This document shows, in pieces, positions 62,302-64,000 of a stretch of 64,000 nt of DNA (its first letter is position 1; every line of letters begins with the position of its first letter). Under the pieces are notes generated by a model. The model was not told the DNA's origin. It saw only the letters and a program-made list of their open reading frames with translations, and did not search any database. The position numbers and the translations under genes were made by a program. Origin of the DNA: Sphaerodactylus townsendi (lineage: Eukaryota); the NCBI RefSeq assembly GCF_021028975.2, contig NC_059427.1:64480001-64544000 (forward strand). Direction: 5' to 3'.

Positions 62302-63931
62302 ATGGGTTCCAAGCGGCGAAGGGCTACCTCTCCTTCCAGCAGTATCAGTGGAGGAGATTTTGATGATGGTCACCATTCCACAAACACACCAGGCCCAAGC
62401 AGAAAGAGGAGAAGGCTTTCCAACCTCCCAACAGTTGACCCTGTAAGTAGTTGATTCGTAGTAAATACATTTGCAAGATGTATTAACCTTTTGAATAATT
62501 TGACTTACAATGACTTGCAGAGACTACAAAATATTCTGTTAAACTTTTCTTTAGCGAAGGAATTGTGTTACATTTAAACTGGACTAATTAAGCTTGAAAA
62601 TTAACATATCCAGGCATATGTAAGACATTGTGGTTTCTATTTCAGATGGTAATCAGATGAAATTGTGTTAGTATGTTGCTTGAATAACTGGAAAACAAAC
62701 TTTTAAGCGGGCCATGTGATTAATTGCCTGTTTCATGAGAGAATGATTATATTATAACTCTATTTGCTTTTACATTCCAAGGCTTTGCCACCAAAAGCTA
62801 GCATACTGAGATATTTAAAAGAACAGACTGTGAGCCAGGTTCAGTAGGTGGCCTTAAACCAAACCATTGCTCCATATCCTTAGCCAGGGGTAGGGAACCT
62901 GCGGCTCTCCAGATGTTCAGGAACTACAATTCCCATCAGCCCCTACCAGCATGGCCAATTGGCCATGCTGGTAGGGGCTGATGGGAATTGTAGTTCCTGA
63001 ACATCTGGAGAGCCGCAGGTTCCCTACCCCTGCCTTAGACCCTAATATGTACTGTGAGGACCTCAATTTTGTTTCCTGGATTAATCTCAGTATCCCAGGA
63101 ACATATTTGAAACATTCTGCATGCTTAGTATTTTACAATAACACCTTTTGCTAAATTTTCATTGGGTATGTTGGGTTTTGAAAAAAATACTTTTTCTTGT
63201 TTTACCTTTTAGATTGCTGTGTGTCATGAATTATACAATACAATCAGAGATTACAAAGATGAACAAGGGAGGCTTCTATGTGAACTATTCATTAGAGCTC
63301 CCAAACGAAGGTAAGTGTATATTTTTTAAAAGTTATGGTAAGCTACTATAGGAATGCTTTGTGGTGGCAGGCAGTAAATATTTTAAACAAAAATGACGTT
63401 GATTGATAACAGGGACTAGAATTACCATGCTTCCAAATTATTAGCCTTTAAAGTTGTGGAATGATTTAATAGAATATATATTTTATTGTTTGTGTCATCT
63501 GTCAATGCTTCACACTGTTTGTTTCAATGTATTCCCACATGAAACTGTTTAGGCATTTTTTTCTTATAACATTTCTTATAAAAATAGCATCATGAACAGA
63601 GTAGGTTCTTATGGTTGTGTTCTTTTTTAACCTTGACATAAAATCATTAATGCGGAATTATCAAAATGAATGTGTGGTAAAATGTTACTTTCACTTTATA
63701 ATACAGTTTTACATTTGCTTGTCGTTGGATACTGTAAACTTTGCTTAAAATAATTGCATTTAACACCTTTGCTATTACAATAGAAATCAGCCAGATTACT
63801 ATGAAGTGGTTTCTCAGCCTATTGATTTAATGAAAATCCAACAAAAGCTAAAAATGGAGGAATATGATGATGTGAACGTGCTAACTGCTGACATCCAGCT
63901 GCTATTTAACAATGCGAAAGCCTATTATAAG
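62302..63931 (+). CDS. PBRM1: Polybromo-1 (BAF180), 5' partial, first bromodomain
   Basis: Exons 62287-62442 (ATG 62302; [26 protein letters not shown]...LPTVDP), 63213-63310 ([32 protein letters not shown]), 63784-63931 ([27 protein letters not shown]...FNNAKAYYK). Gene continues beyond the window. A probable non-coding first exon ends at a donor at 54940/54941. Confidence 0.97.
62885..63032. mobile_element. 148-bp perfect-palindrome hAT MITE
   Basis: Fully self-complementary. Flanks CCTTAG-C/CCTTAGAC form a TSD with a 1-nt deletion. Confidence 0.95.
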
Positions 63932-64000
63932 GTGACAAAATAGTTTTATTTAAAAGTAACTGTTTGCATATTCTGTCAGTAGATTGTGCTTGAATTGTTC

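Overview
Vertebrate genomic DNA, almost certainly squamate and probably gecko, judged from Squam3/Sauria-type SINEs, hAT/Harbinger/Tc MITEs and CR1 fragments. The gene order matches human 3p21.1: ITIH3-like (minus, exons 2-9, running off the left edge), an 88-N gap at 20793-20880, SPCS1 exon 1 only (minus), GLT8D1 (plus, complete, 372 aa), GNL3/nucleostemin (minus, complete, about 553 aa, hosting three SNORD19-family snoRNAs), and the 5' part of PBRM1 (plus, including an alternative N-terminal exon). CpG-island bidirectional promoters sit at SPCS1/GLT8D1 and GNL3/PBRM1. The most interesting signal is a roughly 1.35 kb decayed antisense reading frame upstream of the first GLT8D1 coding exon. 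Its motifs line up in order with the C-terminal third of the bornavirus L polymerase as I recall it, making it a candidate endogenous bornavirus-like L element (EBLL) that needs a database search to confirm. Also notable: SPCS1 exons 2-4, NEK4 and ITIH3 exon 1 are missing around the gap; there is a Penelope-like inverted insertion with degenerate hammerhead cores, a SPIN MITE fragment, and several nested transposons with intact TSDs. Most ORFs in the six-frame track are spurious. All homology calls are from recall, not from searches.
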